DNA of 64,000 bases from Lepidodermella squamata (GCA_047495785.1 JBLDXI010000050.1:62001-126000), one strand, 5' to 3'; counted from the stretch's first letter, positions 1 to 13,229 are shown. Notes: generated by a model from the sequence alone, not told the origin. Translations and numbers: made by a program.

Positions 1-445
1 ACTTGGTTGACATAACGTAGGGCTCGCCACTTGCAGTGTTCTCGTGATAGATTCGCGGGAACCAAACTGGCCGCTCGTCTGGGAAATTGATTGGCAAATT
101 GAAGGCTATGAGGTCATTGCGACACGACTCCTGTGATTGGCTGTATTGCAACCTCGAGCAATTAACAGGCTGCTCGCAGTTGTGGAGCCAAGACAACGAC
201 ATAGATCCGACTATGAGCATACTTTTTTCGACGTCCTTGACATCAACGAATCGGTAGAAACTGAACATAGTGTTAATTGTTACAGGCTTAGGCTGTGGGC
301 AGAGAAGCTTCACGTCGACTGGCAGGTTCGGCGAGAGGATGCTAGGGTAGGTTTCGGTGAGATCATCCCAGATTTGTGAGATCGTAAGTGGCGGGGTGTC
401 ACTTGCAGATACACTCACAACGGCGAGAATCACCAGCAAATTCAT
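1..445 (-). CDS. Cys-loop ligand-gated ion channel-like subunit, subgroup A; N-terminal part only (runs off left edge)
   Basis: ATG at 445, open to the window edge: MNLLVILAVVSVSA signal peptide, then ...FYRFVDVKDVEKS...PVWFPRIYHENTASG. Close nucleotide paralog of 16451-16888. Absent from the ORF track because it has no stop in the window. Confidence 0.85.
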   Translation of the reverse strand, partial: MNLLVILAVVSVSASDTPPLTISQIWDDLTETYPSILSPNLPVDVKLLCPQPKPVTINTMFSFYRFVDVKDVEKSMLIVGSMSLSWLHNCEQPVNCSRLQYSQSQESCRNDLIAFNLPINFPDERPVWFPRIYHENTASGEPYVMSTK

Positions 446-933
446 CGTTAAATCCGCGACAGCGAAAGAAAAAATGATCAAAATCTGCATTGCCAAGCAT
501 TTTTCGTGATTCAAGCTACCGGATATTGCCGATTTTCGCAATATATCTCTATATTGACATTGGGCTATTGAATTTTTACAAATTCCTAGCCTTAGAGTTG
601 TGCTCAAATGAAAAAATCAACGTGGTGTTTCTGGGCCAAATTTGTGGACTCCGCCACCTCCTGGAGTTTGGAATCACGCGAATTAAAGGTTCCGGAAAAC
701 CGAACAACTGCCTTTTTCGTTGATTGAGCACACCCTAATTCTTTGGACTACTATTAGTCCCAAGCCCAAATTACGAAATAACAAGTACATAAATTCAGCA
801 AAAGAATGAATTCCTGGGTGTCATGCCTCCCCTGATTCTATTGACCTTCCTTCTCTATCCAGATCAGCCAACTTCAAATCCATGGTCCAAGTATACAGTT
901 AGTAAGGAGAGGAGGCCTAGAGCGAAGACCGCG

Positions 934-1032
934 GAACTGGTAGGGATAACAAAATCGAGTCCCCCATTTGCTCTTTGACAGAGCTCACCATGTGGAACTG
1001 GTAGGGATGATTCCTAGCAGTACTTCGCTCTC
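934..1032 (+). repeat. Dispersed repeat (second copy ~11241-11358)
   Basis: GAACTGGTAGGGATAACAAAATCG..CCCC..AACTGGTAGGGATGAT..TACTTCGC.CTCT is shared with 11241-11358. Confidence 0.6.
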
Positions 1033-1189
1033 TAAGAGGAGGGACCTATCGTTCGACCATCTTCAAACTTTGCGAAAAACTTAAAGGGTCCTCCATGATT
1101 ATTTGCAAATGTTGGGCTCAGAATGCTCGATTTACCGCTGAGAGCTGGACCCAATCGGACCCAAATGGTTATCACATTTAATTGATATC

Positions 1190-1465
1190 TGATATTTAGA
1201 TCTGCAGCTTTTGGCTCAGGAGCGATCCTAATTTCGAGTTCGGGCATGTTGAGCACTTTTTGAAAGTTTGCTCATCTTCGGGATTGCTCTAGTTCCGTGG
1301 CCAACAATCGGCCGTCTGCATCCCTCACAAATTTCGAGCTGGTCGCTCCTCCCGCAAGTTGTTTTGCGAGTCGAAACGGCTTCTTCATGTCTCCTTTCTG
1401 CCCGGCTTCTTCAGCTTCTGACGCCAAGTTGCTAGCGTACTTGCGTCATCACGCCTCGCAATTTT
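1190..1465 (-). mobile_element. Decayed RTE-clade LINE ORF2 fragment (EN-RT linker)
   Basis: Minus-strand translation YASNLASEAEEAGQKGDMKKPFRLAKQLAG...VRDADGRLLATELEQSRR*ANFQKVLNMP fits the recalled RTE pattern LAxEAEEAAxxGD...KDxxGxLLT...EQxxRWxEHFxxLLN. Contains an in-frame stop. Confidence 0.7.
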
Positions 1466-2004
1466 GTTGACCTCCTTACTTTTCGCCTCATACTGTAAAA
1501 ACGGAAAATCTTGCAGAGATATGAAACATCAACAACAAATTATCTCGCGTTCCAAAAACCAACGAAAAAAAAGAATTATTAATTCATCGAAGTTCATCGA
1601 ATTAATTAGAATTCTTTTCACGGAAATCAGAAAAATTATTGGAAAAATAATAATAACAGGACACGACAGAACGGGAAATAATAAGTCTACAATTTTCATC
1701 TAATGTGGTTAAACGTTTTTAACGCATACGGTAAACGGTAAACTGAAACTGCGGCAAACATACGGCAAACATACCTAATATCACTATCCTGGTTTTACCG
1801 CCAAAATCGACCACTAAAAGAACTAGCAAAAGTGGATGAAAGCCATTTGCTCATCAAAGTTGTTTCAAATTTGCATTCGTTATTTTATGGTTATATCATT
1901 TTGCAATTTAATTTTCCATGAAAATTTTCTGAAACGTTTTGCATATGCACGAAAAATACTGCTTTGTTTCATTCATCAACATAGTTATTTTTTATTTTTA
2001 CAAC

Positions 2005-2600
2005 TATAAGTCGCAGTGAACACTCCACTCCACTCCACTAAAGCCATTCATAATTCCGCGTCGTGACCAAATCAATTCAACATGTCGTTTGCGTTGTTGA
2101 ATAACTCAGATTTAGATTGTTTGGGTCAGTTTGAAGGTGGACGATGGCAAGGAACAAGTAATTTGCTACAACTTTTTCATTCACGTGAAAAAATAATGCT
2201 TTTTACGTGTAACCCGTCTCATTTCAAGTGACGTAAACAAACCTATATCAGAGTTATTTTATGGCGCTAATAATGATCTTTTTTGCTCCAAGGCAAAAAA
2301 TGCTGAGAGCTAATTTCATTATTACTATATGAAATATTACAAAACTAATAGCCACGAAAGTAATTTGAATGAACGTAAACTTTTCATTGAAATGATCGTA
2401 GATAGTTTTTATTGCACGAAGTTTGGAAATCATACAGATTTCATCATTAGGTGAATTGAGTTTGAAAGTAAACAGAAAAGATAAGTGACCATTTTGATCA
2501 TAGATAATAGTAACTATGAACTATAACAATGATGGTTGAAAATTGATAAATTTGCCCGATAAAAATATGAAAACATTTAATTTCTCGTAAACAGCTTGGT
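2005..2600 (+). repeat. Diverged segmental duplicate of ~9275-9700
   Basis: Collinear shared blocks, e.g. CATTCATAATTC.GCGT, AACTCAGATTTAG, GTCAGTTTGAAGGTGGACG.TGGCAAG, GAGCTAATTTCA, CAGCTT.G.CCCA.AAT. Confidence 0.7.
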
Positions 2601-3170
2601 CCCAAAATCGATCAGTATTGATAGAAACAAACGTGTTGTCTCTACTCTCCGAAGTATTCGGAAAACGGTGATCGAGAAGCCTCGGCAAATGTTATGGCCT
2701 CGCTGGATATTTCATCAAGCGAATTCGTTGTTGGAATCGCCGTTCTTTCTGTGACTATTGAGTTGGCGAAAAAACTGCAATCCGTGCAAATGGATCTAAT
2801 TGGTTGCTTAGAGGAAGTTTATATGGGTTACCCAAATTACGCAACGATCAACGATGTTCAGCGACCTTGCTCGAGTTAGATATATCACTAAACCACGCGG
2901 AGCTGATTATTTCGACTCGCATTTATTTTCCCGATAACATTCATCTCCCGTACGTCGAAAGTCGAAAGTATCATTTCAGTGATGAAAGAGCGATTTGTTG
3001 CTTTTGCTGAATGAAAAAAACACGCCTCTGTTGGAAGCAGTCAAAAATCGAAGGAAATGTTATCCGTTTAGCAGTGTTATGCAGTGGCATTAGTGCAACA
3101 CCCGCGCACCCCTTGAGCTGGGGTGAGGGACGAGCCTTTCAGTGATGCCTTAAGACCGTGTTACACTAGC

Positions 3171-3604
3171 TCGTTTAAAGCAACTTTCTCATAGAGCTAA
3201 TTTTGCTCAAATGAAGATTAGCTCATGCTTTTGTGTCAGTCTGTCAGATCTAATTGGTATTATTTACACGAGGCAAAATCTTTTTTTTTGCTTCCCAGGG
3301 TTCAAAGTCTTGACTGAAAAATTTTGTATTCTCTCGAAAACCTTTACGCGTAATCATTGCATCAAACCTATAGTTATAACATTGAGTGATACTGAACTGA
3401 TCACCAACATTTCGATAAACGAGGCTTTTCGGCGGCTTTGATGCCTCTGATTCGTTTAAAGCAAAAGTTTTGCGCAGAGCTTATTTTGCTCAAATGAAGA
3501 CTAGCTCATGCCTTTGTGTCAGTCTGTCAGATCTAATTGGTGTTATTTACGCGTGGCTCGTTTTTTTGTTGTCTTTCCAGGGTTCAAAGTCCCGACTGAA
3601 AAAA
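3171..3604 (+). repeat. Local tandem duplication, two ~150 bp units (3171-3322, 3452-3604)
   Basis: TTTTGCTCAAATGAAGA.TAGCTCATGC.TTTGTGTCAGTCTGTCAGATCTAATTGGT...CCAGGGTTCAAAGTC..GACTGAAAAA occurs twice. Confidence 0.85.
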
Positions 3605-4626
3605 GTTTGGGGCCTGGCTATACCTGGGCATTGCCTCGGGTGGGCCTTTTTTCTTGTCATCTACTGAAAATGGTCGAAGGAACAGGAGTCAACGCGACAC
3701 GCGACGGGATCAGTTGAATTCCAGCATGAGACTTTTGCATTTGAAAATAGGAGTCCAGTGAGACAGGGAGGAATTTTTAACGACAAAGCATTCGTGATCA
3801 ATCTTCCTTCTTTATTTAAAAAAGTCAAAAGGCAAGGCCCAGTGTATAAATTGTTTGGTATATTCGAAGCAAGTCACAATTTCAGGCGGGCAGAAGCAAA
3901 AAGCAGTGGAATACTAGTCTTATTATTAAATTGCTGCTTGTTAGAGAGACAATTCGGATCAAAGCGGAGAGAAGGTCAGGGTGGAAATCGAGAACGAGAA
4001 AGGCTGAGGAATATAAAATGAATTGTGAGGAAAAAGACAGGAGCTGCGGAACGATTATTCAGCGTAATAAAGGAGAAAGAAACAGAATAGTGTGCCCGCA
4101 ATTCCGATGGGAGAGCCATTCCCGACGCGGACCACGAAAGAGCCGAGGGAAGAGCCGGTCCTCCGCCGACAACGGTCAAACAAGTCAAAACACGCGTCCA
4201 GGGCAGCTGGTAAGGTAGCAATCGCATCTTAAGTGGGGCAAGCCATTTGGCCTGTCTGCCTCATAATTTGCTTGAGCGATCGATTGCTGTTGCTGCACAC
4301 AACCGCCTAATTATGGGCCGAGACAAATGAAGTCCTGGAAACTGTAGTAGGCGTCGCAGCAATGCTAGCATACGTTCAGCTGGTGATTGTAGGCAATTTG
4401 GCTAATATGTTCGAGCCTGAGGACCGTTTTGATGCGACGTCGGTCGGCCATTTGTACGGAAATGTGGCGGTTGAGAAGTGAGTTGTAGCCGTCAGCTGGA
4501 CCCGGTTGTTGAACGAACCGGTGTAGCTGCTGTAACATCTAGGAGTGCGCAGACTCGCATCGACTATGTAGTTTGGGGCCGGAGGAAACCGTCTGGTTCT
4601 AAGGCTGATACGACCTGGGAAACGGC

Positions 4627-5168
4627 TAATATGTATAAATAAGGCCCTAGGGAAGGCTAGTTTCGAGGAAAAACTCACATAATAAGGCGAGGCGAAGCCG
4701 AGTCTTATTATGCGATTTTTCCGAGGAACTAGCCGTACCGTGGGCCTTATTAGACATATTACTCAAGGCGAAGCGTTAACCGTTCCCGATAAAACTGCAA
4801 TTTAAATGGAAAAATGTGACATAATAGGTGATTTTCTGGTGTGAAATGCGACTTTAAAAAATCAACCTTAAAACTGTACGATGAAAACGGCATTTTTTAA
4901 CGAATTTCATGCTGAAACGAGAAAAGTGATCTCGCTTCGCTCGAAGAGTTTCAAGTGCTTTTTCTCGCTTCGCTCGATCAAATCAGCGTCCCCTCGCTTT
5001 GCTCGGGCGAAAACCTTGCCCCGTGATGCTCGCTGCGCTCGCGTTTCACGGCGGGGCAAGGTTTTCGCACCTTCGGTGCTCACTGTATAAATTAAAAAAT
5101 CCCCCTTAAATAAGCGGTTTCTTATTATGTTATTATGTTATTATGTGAGCTTCGCCTAGAGTAATATG
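4627..5168. mobile_element. Non-autonomous hairpin element (Crypton-like) flanked by TAATATG direct repeats
   Basis: Imperfect palindrome 4638-4751 centred on GAGGCGAAGCCGAG; inverted pair CATATTACTCAAGGCGAAGC (4755) / GCTTCGCCTAGAGTAATATG (5149-5168); internal CTCGCTTCGCTCG motifs; TAATATG at 4627-4633 and 5162-5168. Family assignment is from recalled motif similarity only. Confidence 0.55.
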
Positions 5169-8100
5169 CAGAAGGCGGCCGTTGTTGTTGCGGCTGAAAT
5201 CGGCTTCGGCTTCGGCTTTGCTTTCGAATCGTCCGCGCTTTTGAGTCGCAATTCGCTCCACGGCCGCGGCCCAGTAGACCAGTAAAGGTAATCATTGTGG
5301 GCATAACCCCAATTCGCTTTAAACTCCTCGTACCGCTCAGGCCAAGGGTTCGCCAGGCCCCATTGACGGCCAACTCGTCGCGGCTTCTCCAGGAAACTCG
5401 GGGTGAGTTTGCCTCTTGTGGCACCGGCCTCTTGTGTTCCCGAAGATAACAACTGATTCGTCGGCGCCCTGTTTCGGCCATAGTCCAGGGCTGCAGAAGG
5501 TAGAAGGCACGCGCTGTAATTCTTTGAACATCTGATCTATTGTCACCGGGACTCGAGACGCAGCGAGAAGGCTATTCAGGTCTGACTGGCATTACTTGTT
5601 CAGCAACGCGTGGATCTGCTAAATGACCAGCGGGGTTGATTCCGGGTCGACGTCTTTCAAGGTCTTACGGCATCGGGCGGCGAACAAAATCGGACGGTTT
5701 GTTCACATTCTGTTTTTCAAGCAGGTCCTTTACCTTGATCGGCGCAGCTGAGTCCACGGGGCTATGTGGACCCGACACGACGCGGTTGTAGTAGGGTTGG
5801 AGGTCGAGGCATTTCGAGTTAGCGATCCTAACTCCAACGCCTCACTCCTTTTTCGGTGATATTGCCCGCGATCCGCGATATTGCCGATCTACTGGTATAT
5901 TGCAATATTACTGGTGGCGATCAACAGTCCCAAGAGCTAGCGATCCAGTTTTTCTTGTCCTTTCCAGAATATCCAGGAGTCGTAGGTGGTGGCCCTGTAG
6001 TCGCGCTCCGGAAATGGCTTCCATAGCCGACAGCTCCTTGATCGAGTGAGAGTGGCACAATCGACGGTTCCGCGGTAGGTTTCAAATTCGCTAGGAGGCA
6101 GGATCAAAGTGGCTTTGCCCTGCGCGACTGGTCAAAAGGTAAGGCCCTGTATACAAATTAGCCGTTATAATTAATACATAAACGAGTAATCGGGTTGGCT
6201 TACCGGTTTCGAAACAAGTTACAATCTCATGCGGGGCAGAAGCAAGAAGCAGTGGAATGCAAGTCCTTAAATTGAAATATTATTGTTGTAGGAACGAGCA
6301 TTCGGAAATCACAATGGATCCTAACCTCGCGAAGTAGGCAAAAGAAGCTAACATCGGAACGAGCAGCGGGCGATATATAAATTGAACCTCGGTCTGGAAG
6401 GGTGAAGTGAACGAGAGTTAACATACTTGACGTAATAAAATAATTACCAATTTCGCAGTTTGCGAGGTCCCCCTTTTTGAGATCTTCATGATCAATCCGT
6501 TCAGCCAATCGCTTGGTGCTCGCTGTTCGTACCAAATCTCTCACCAGTATCGTTTAGGGTGCTCCAAAAATTGTCTTAAATCAGCCGGGCGGATTTGGCG
6601 GATTTCGACACATACAAGCGCCAAAGTCAGGCAATCTAAGAGGTTGGAAGTTGGAACTTTCTAAATGTTGACGCTGGGGACCCATGGGAATAGGGAATAT
6701 ATTGAAATGGTAAGAAAACCTCGATAGTGTATTTTCAACCTCACAAGAATTAACCCAACGACGACTGAAATCTTGGCTCACAATCTAAGCTGAAGGGGCA
6801 AATTCCAGCCCCAAAAACTGAGAAAGAAAAACCAGCGCAACGGCATATTAATTAATTGATATTAATTTATGGGTTATTGTTGTTTTTTAAATATTATGAG
6901 GTGAATCTACGATGGCCCGCAAATATTTGATGATTTTTAAATGCTCAAAAAGGGTTAACTCGTAAAATAACTCGGAATGGTTACTATGGCAACAAAGGAC
7001 GCACCGATATCCTTGACAAGGAGACTCGCTGCAAATAAAGCACTGATTTTTTCAAGGGCAGATGAGTGATTTATCGCGCGTTCTTGGGCCATCAAATTCA
7101 GCGGGTTCTTTGCGAGCATTTCGATGCAATGCAGGTAGGTAATACAGGTTCGCGGATGGCTCTTGTTAGACCAATGTAATTGCCAAGAAAGGCCGTCATT
7201 TCGTTTTCGTCGGTTGAAGTGTGATCGCCTCCAATTTGCCGCATGAATACATTTGTTTCTCGAACAAACAGCGATACAATTTATGCAGTAATGAGGAGTT
7301 GGTCAATGATTCCAGCGGCCGGCTTCAGCCTAAGTTTCGTACGCAAGGCATTAGATTGAGTTGCTTGTCTTCCACGATGCGCCGGTTTAGTTGATGCAGT
7401 TGAAGCTCGACGGCTTTTCGCGATTAGGAACTCGGGTAGCGGGAAGATTGGTTTAGTAGCCGTGTAAACCAATCCCGTAGAGACATTTGTAATTAGTTAA
7501 ATTAGGTAAACTTTATGAATAACATTGTTGGTAAAACGGTTAGTTAGAATGGTAATTTCGGCATGACTTTGATGCATATTCATCGTTCCGGTAACCCAGT
7601 AGATGTCGGTGCTGAATGGTTAACGTAATTATTGAGCAATTTCCAATACAATCCAACATAAACGCATTGAAAATTACGGGGTCGGGTTTAGCCCCTTCAG
7701 CTATAAAAACGTGACTACAAATTAAGGCTAAATTTGTAAGAAAATTATCAGCGGTAGATAAATGATATTTTGCAGAATTCTTTCTCATGTCCTAACCCCT
7801 AACCTCCCTAGATCTGAAAGGAATTGGCTAAAATCGATAAGGTTACTGAACTGTAACAAAAAAAACCGCTCCTGGTCACCCCAATTAGTCCTCGTAGGGT
7901 TAACGCATCTGTGATGCGCGCAGGAAATCGACTTTATAGGAAATCACTTGTGAACCGCGGCGCCACTCTTCACACTGCCTTAACAGTGATAGAAACCCAT
8001 AAAAATGCGTGAAATGGCGAGCGTCGCAAAAACCTGAGTGAGCGTCGAAATGTTTAGAGACATGTAAAATCCGAGCGGGTGTCGCAATGATTTGTGCTAC

Positions 8101-8347
8101 GTCGCAATACTTGAGTACCGTAGCAATAAACAGAGGGAATGTCACAATTCCAAAATTATCATTTAATTACCTAATCTGGCCTAATTTCTGTTCAAATGCC
8201 TAAATTGCAAACGCAAATTTCTTTCTCGCGATCTGGAATTGTTGTTAGTGACTTATGTTACCTTCTTGGTCTTTTTAGCAGGTAAGTATAAAAACACATC
8301 AATGATGAAGTATCGAAGTCAGGGTGCGAAGTACAAGGGTGCTGGGC

Positions 8348-8428
8348 CAGTGTGCGAAATAGGATCCGAGAGCTGTTTGCTAATTGTTTTCTAGGGCCCA
8401 GCTGAATAAACCAAAGGGTCCCCCCTGG
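8348..8428 (+). repeat. Dispersed repeat family A (other copies 10154-10298 reverse, 34590-34719 reverse, 48616-49116 interrupted)
   Basis: CAGTGTGCGAA.TAGGATC...TTGTTTT..AGG.CCCAGC.GAA.AAACCAAAGGGTCC recurs in both orientations. Confidence 0.7.
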
Positions 8429-9274
8429 AGAAATCAAGGGGCGTCGTTAATTAACAAGTTTAATAAGCGTCGAGAGAAACTAAATTATAACACGCACGAA
8501 AGGCACTGGCAGTAGTTGCCGAGTTGGCAACTACGATGCAACCAACAATCATCCTGGTAGCATATTTACGTATACATTAAACCATTGTTATTTATGAATA
8601 AAGAAGCATTTTTCTTGAAAAAACAACGAAACGGCGTACTGCCGCTTCCTCTCACAGTTAAATAAACGTTGTAGACCTAACTATCCAGGCTCAGCGGTTT
8701 TTGCGGACAAGAAACCTCATCTTTTTGTTTTTCCATTTTCTTGAAGTCATTCATGAATAATTTGCATTGCATTTTATAATCGTATGAGAATTTCCCTTTA
8801 GTTCATTCAGAAATCACATGATGGTATCAGTTGGGACGTCCTGGTTTCATGTATCTTCGCAACCACAGTTTACCTCTCGCGTTGCTGGTAAATTACCTGA
8901 GGGAAGTTTTCAAGTTGAGATGACATGAACAGAGTGCAATCATGCGTGTTTGATAAGACGAATTAACAGCGCTGTATTGAAATTAACTCGCAAGTTTCTC
9001 GTTGAGCTTATGAGAACAAATGAGAAAAACTGGGACATGTTCAGGCACTCTAATTGGTGTTTCTTACAGCTGGCAAAAACTTCTTTTTTTTGCGTTCCAA
9101 GGGTCAATGCCCTCACTCGTATTTCGTATTCTCTCGACAGACTTCAAATTATATTTTTCCTGTTTCATTCTTCTAAGGAAAGAAGCTAAATAAGTAGATG
9201 CAGGATTAATGTTCAACAAAATACGCGGAACCAACTACTGCTTTATTCACTATCGTTCACTTTTATAAGTGTAA

Positions 9275-9700
9275 GATGGTCGCAATGAACACTGAGCCTG
9301 CAAGACATTCATAATTCTGCGTGGTGGTGACCCAGTTAATTCATCATTGTTGAACAACTCAGATTTAGGCATTTTAGCGTCAGTTTGAAGGTGGACGGTG
9401 GCAAGTAAAAATTAATTTGCTGTAACCTCTTCATTCAAGGAAAAAACGCCGCTTTTTACGTGCCGCCCGTCACATTTTAACTGGCGTATATACAAGGCTA
9501 TGTCGGAGTTATTTACAACGCTAATGATGTTTTTGTATCGCAAATGGATGATAATTAAGAGCTAATTTCACTACTATATGTAAAAAAATATAACCACGAA
9601 GGCAATGTGGATGAAGGTCAATTTTTTATGATGTTTGATAACTTTGCCCATCATGAAACATGAAAAAATGAAGCCGAGACGATCAGCTTTGGCCCCAGAA
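9275..9700 (+). repeat. Diverged segmental duplicate of ~2005-2600
   Basis: Same collinear blocks as 2005-2600. Confidence 0.7.
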
Positions 9701-9709
9701 TTCGAATAT

Positions 9710-10010
9710 AGCACAGCTGTTACATACTATCAAAGGGCGCTAATGTTAATGGCTTCTGCTGCGGTGAACTACGTGGATTTAGCAGTATAACCACTCTCGA
9801 GTTTTCATCGAAAATGGTGGGAATGCTAACGCTGGTATCGTCTGACTTTTGATTGAAAATGGCGCGAAAATGGCTGAGAACTGCTTTAGGTCAGCTTCCT
9901 ACTGAGAAAACAAGATTTGTACAGATCTTGAATTACTTGTTGGATCAAGGCGACGCGATTGATGGGAATTTGAGGAATAACGAAACATTCCTATCAATTG
10001 TACTCTAGAA
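9710..10010 (+). pseudogene. Degraded ankyrin-repeat coding relic
   Basis: Fragments KGANVN, LIENGAK and VQILNYLLDQGDAIDGNLRNNETFLSIVL* in shifting frames resemble ankyrin LLxxGAxVN/TPL motifs. Confidence 0.5.
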
Positions 10011-10153
10011 TACTAACAGCGTTTGATCAGACTGAAGTTACCATTCAAGTCATGGGCGATTTGCAAGAACGACTTGTTGATTGCTTGCGTTCTACACCCC
10101 GAACAGAAGCTAAACATTATCAACAGATATCCTCCTAAAACAGAGGACTCATT

Positions 10154-10298
10154 GTCGCGACACCCCAGCTCCGGGACTCCAGCCATGGGAAGGCTAAAAA
10201 ACCCTAGGGGGGCTTTGGTTTCTTCGGCCGGTCTAGAAAACAAGTAGAAGACACCTCAGCTCTCGGATCCCGGATCCCGGATCCTACTTCGCACACCG
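10154..10298 (-). repeat. Dispersed repeat family A copy
   Basis: GTCGCGAC.CCCAGCTCCGGG.CTC.AGCCA..GGAAGGCT.AAAAACC..AGGGGG...ATCCTACTTCGCACA closely matches 34590-34719. Confidence 0.75.
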
Positions 10299-13229
10299 AT
10301 AGCGGGAAAACTGCTTAGCAATACGTCCACGAGAGCCGGTGTTATGCGCAACAGCAGGCCGAACGTTCGGCGAACGCCAGGCTATTATCAACCTGCTAAG
10401 CTCTTAACATTTTTCCAAAGTTAGCACTAGTTAATTTGATCAGCGAGATAATTGAAAAATTAATATTTTTATAATCAATATGAAATTTCGGATAATTAGG
10501 GATAAAATGATTCTAATGAAAATCACTCATGCTATGATTTGAACTTCACTTTTAATTTTCATCGGGATTAGCTAAGCATTAATTCAAACAGAATGCCAGG
10601 GATGAAAAAACAGTTTTGTTGTATTTGCCAAATTTGCGGCGAAGCGAGAAAATTGTGAAGATTTTCCACTAAAACACGCTCTAGAACCTTCAAAAAATAA
10701 CAAAACAGTGGGTTAAATTCTCGTTTTGTCGTCTGGCCCTCAATTCGGTCGTAAGACGTGTTGCCAATACCACAAACATTATTTTCCGATCGATCGAAAA
10801 TTCCGAATTTCTGCGTTATTTACGACAGGCAGAAACATAAACCGTAAACAGCTGTATTGTGAAGTTGACGTCGCTTATAGAATGGCCTTTCTGCATGATT
10901 TGAAATTTCCCGTTGCTTTCATGGTTGCTGTGAATACTCGATTCATCTTCATCCATTCGGTTTTTGAGGAGCAAATGCATTTATCGTGTAAGGCCTTTCG
11001 CTGTTTTCTCTTGAATACTTCTCAGGTACCACGCAGTTCGTTTTCGCACGCAGTTATAGAATGGTTGTTTCTAAGCAATGAACAATGAACTGGCAGTTCC
11101 CAGTGGTATAGCCAGGTGATTGGATGTCGATATAACGTAGTTGGTTCCATGGATCGACCTCTCCACGTCATTATTATCGACGAGATCGGGTAATTGCTGG
11201 TAAGCTCTAGATTGAGAGCTGTGAGCGAAGTAGGACAGCCGAACTGGTAAGGATAAGGAAAATCGGTCCCCCTTTTGGTCTTTCATTGAGTTCACATTGC
11301 GGACCGATTAAACTGGTAGGGATGATCCCTACCATCCCTAGTGATACTTCGCCCTCTGATTGAGAATTGAGAGTATGCGAGGTATCCCTTCGAGAAAAAA
11401 CCCTCTAGTTCTAAGCTATTCCATTGTTTATCGATTGCGCATTAATCACCGATCAAACACCGGTATCCACGCATCATGGGTATGAATTGGAATAAAAATT
11501 AAAAATATAATTAATTGGCTTCATTCCGTCCGAATGTTTTTTATCACATTTCGTCTGCGCTCTGCGTTGCGGCTTCTTACTACGGCCTCATGATACCACG
11601 GCCACAGCCACATGTGTTAATGAGAACATACCGGAAATGTTTTTCAAATTTCTTGACGGCCCGGACGGCCCGGACATCAGGCTAAGGCTCTGCGTGACAG
11701 GGCAAAATAACAACATGGCACCAAGCACCCTCACTTGCATTTTTCATTACAAAAAAATGTAACGGTGAACATCAGACACCAGTTCTGAATGCGTGAGTCC
11801 GCATTGCTGAGGTCAAAAAATGAGACAAGGGGTGAATGTTAGCATTACAATACATTGAACTACCAATATATGTATTGAAATTTGAGATGCAGTGAGGTAG
11901 GATCACAAGCTAGTATAATAGATCATTGGCGATATATCGATAGGAGTTATGTTTGATCATGCCTAACGAACTTCGATTGTTAAGGGCTCCAAATACCAGC
12001 AGCTTTCCTAAGAAGACACCGGAGCCTGTCAAAGAGACTAACGATGCTAGGCAACTTTATTTCTATATCCTATTTCTATTCCTATTTTTCCCATGTCGAA
12101 TTTAATTATTTCCTTCTTTATTATAAGTAGGTACTGCGGTTTTTCACGGTACTTTGTTACAAAAGTGAGAGCTCCCACGTAGATTTTTATAAATTCCAAT
12201 TCAATTCCACAACTTAAGTTATAATATGACCTGAGGCTGGGAGACACTCGTTCTGCGTGACAAAGAGAAATTAATACAAGTCATCAGGAACATTCTGCAA
12301 AATTTTCCGTAATTATCATTGAACTAAGTCGGAAATAGATTTATCCCGTCAAGCGTCAAGTTTTATGAACTCTATAAAAGGGACAGAAAAGTATAATAAT
12401 GTCATTTTTTCTCTGGATGATAACTTCTCATTGCTAATGCTTCTTTTTTATTCATGGAAGAAGAGACTAGAGTTTCATTGAGTTGCCTTATATTTTTTAT
12501 TACTTCTGTTTATTCTGGTATCCACAACAGCCAGGTACAGTTGTACTCAAAATTTAGTTCCTTCGGAGTCCCAAACCCTGATTGCGCAAACGGTAGATCG
12601 GATTTTCACACGGAAATTTGCCGCGCGCGCTGGCGTGAAGGAATTTTTCCTATGTCCGTCCAAAAAAATGAGATGTCAAATAAAATGACAGACTATTGGC
12701 AGCACGCACGACGATTTTGGAATATCGCGTCGGTTTTTATGCAGAGCGCTTTGGATTTGATTTGATTTGATTTACGGCTTAAATCACTGACCTCCTTCAA
12801 TAAATTTCCCATTTTTTCGGAACAATTCCATCCCTGGCAGCTCCGGGATCCAAGATGGCACCTTGCACGCGAGAACCTTACATCTATTCAATCTATTCAA
12901 TATATTCTATTCCGAAAAAATGATTCAGACAATGATCTATAATTCTCATTTTTTCGGTCTAAAGTCCTCCTGAATAATCAAAACTAGCCGTGAAATTCAA
13001 AAATTGTCGACTTTTGGAGGAAAAAATTTTAAGGAAAAATTTGCTTCAAGCTTGAAAGAAATTTGCTGCCGATGAAAGAGCAGAACAAATGCTTGTGCTG
13101 CCGGATCAGATTGTATCTGCGGCAGAAGCCCAGGCTTTTTGGCCGCCAAAAATGCCTACGGTTCAAAGAATTTCCGGATAACTGTTTTAGAGTATCGAAT
13201 AACGAATAACGCAGCGTAAATCTAGGAGT

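Noticed and set aside
137-379. Plus-strand ORFs 137-379 and 16587-16820 that resemble each other
   Set aside because: Antisense shadows of the duplicated channel genes.
1032-1256. ORF with P-loop-like GPALSGKSS
   Set aside because: The ORF is read-through from an RTE LINE fragment into unrelated sequence; there is no Walker B or NTPase context.
8348-10298. Inverted family-A copies as the TIRs of one 1.95-kb transposon
   Set aside because: No matching TSD, the interior is host-like duplicated DNA, and solo copies occur elsewhere in the window.
10596-12865. GCCAGGGATG / CATCCCTGGC inverted ends as one element
   Set aside because: Both match parts of a dispersed repeat also seen at ~46812-46878; no TSD and no transposase between them.
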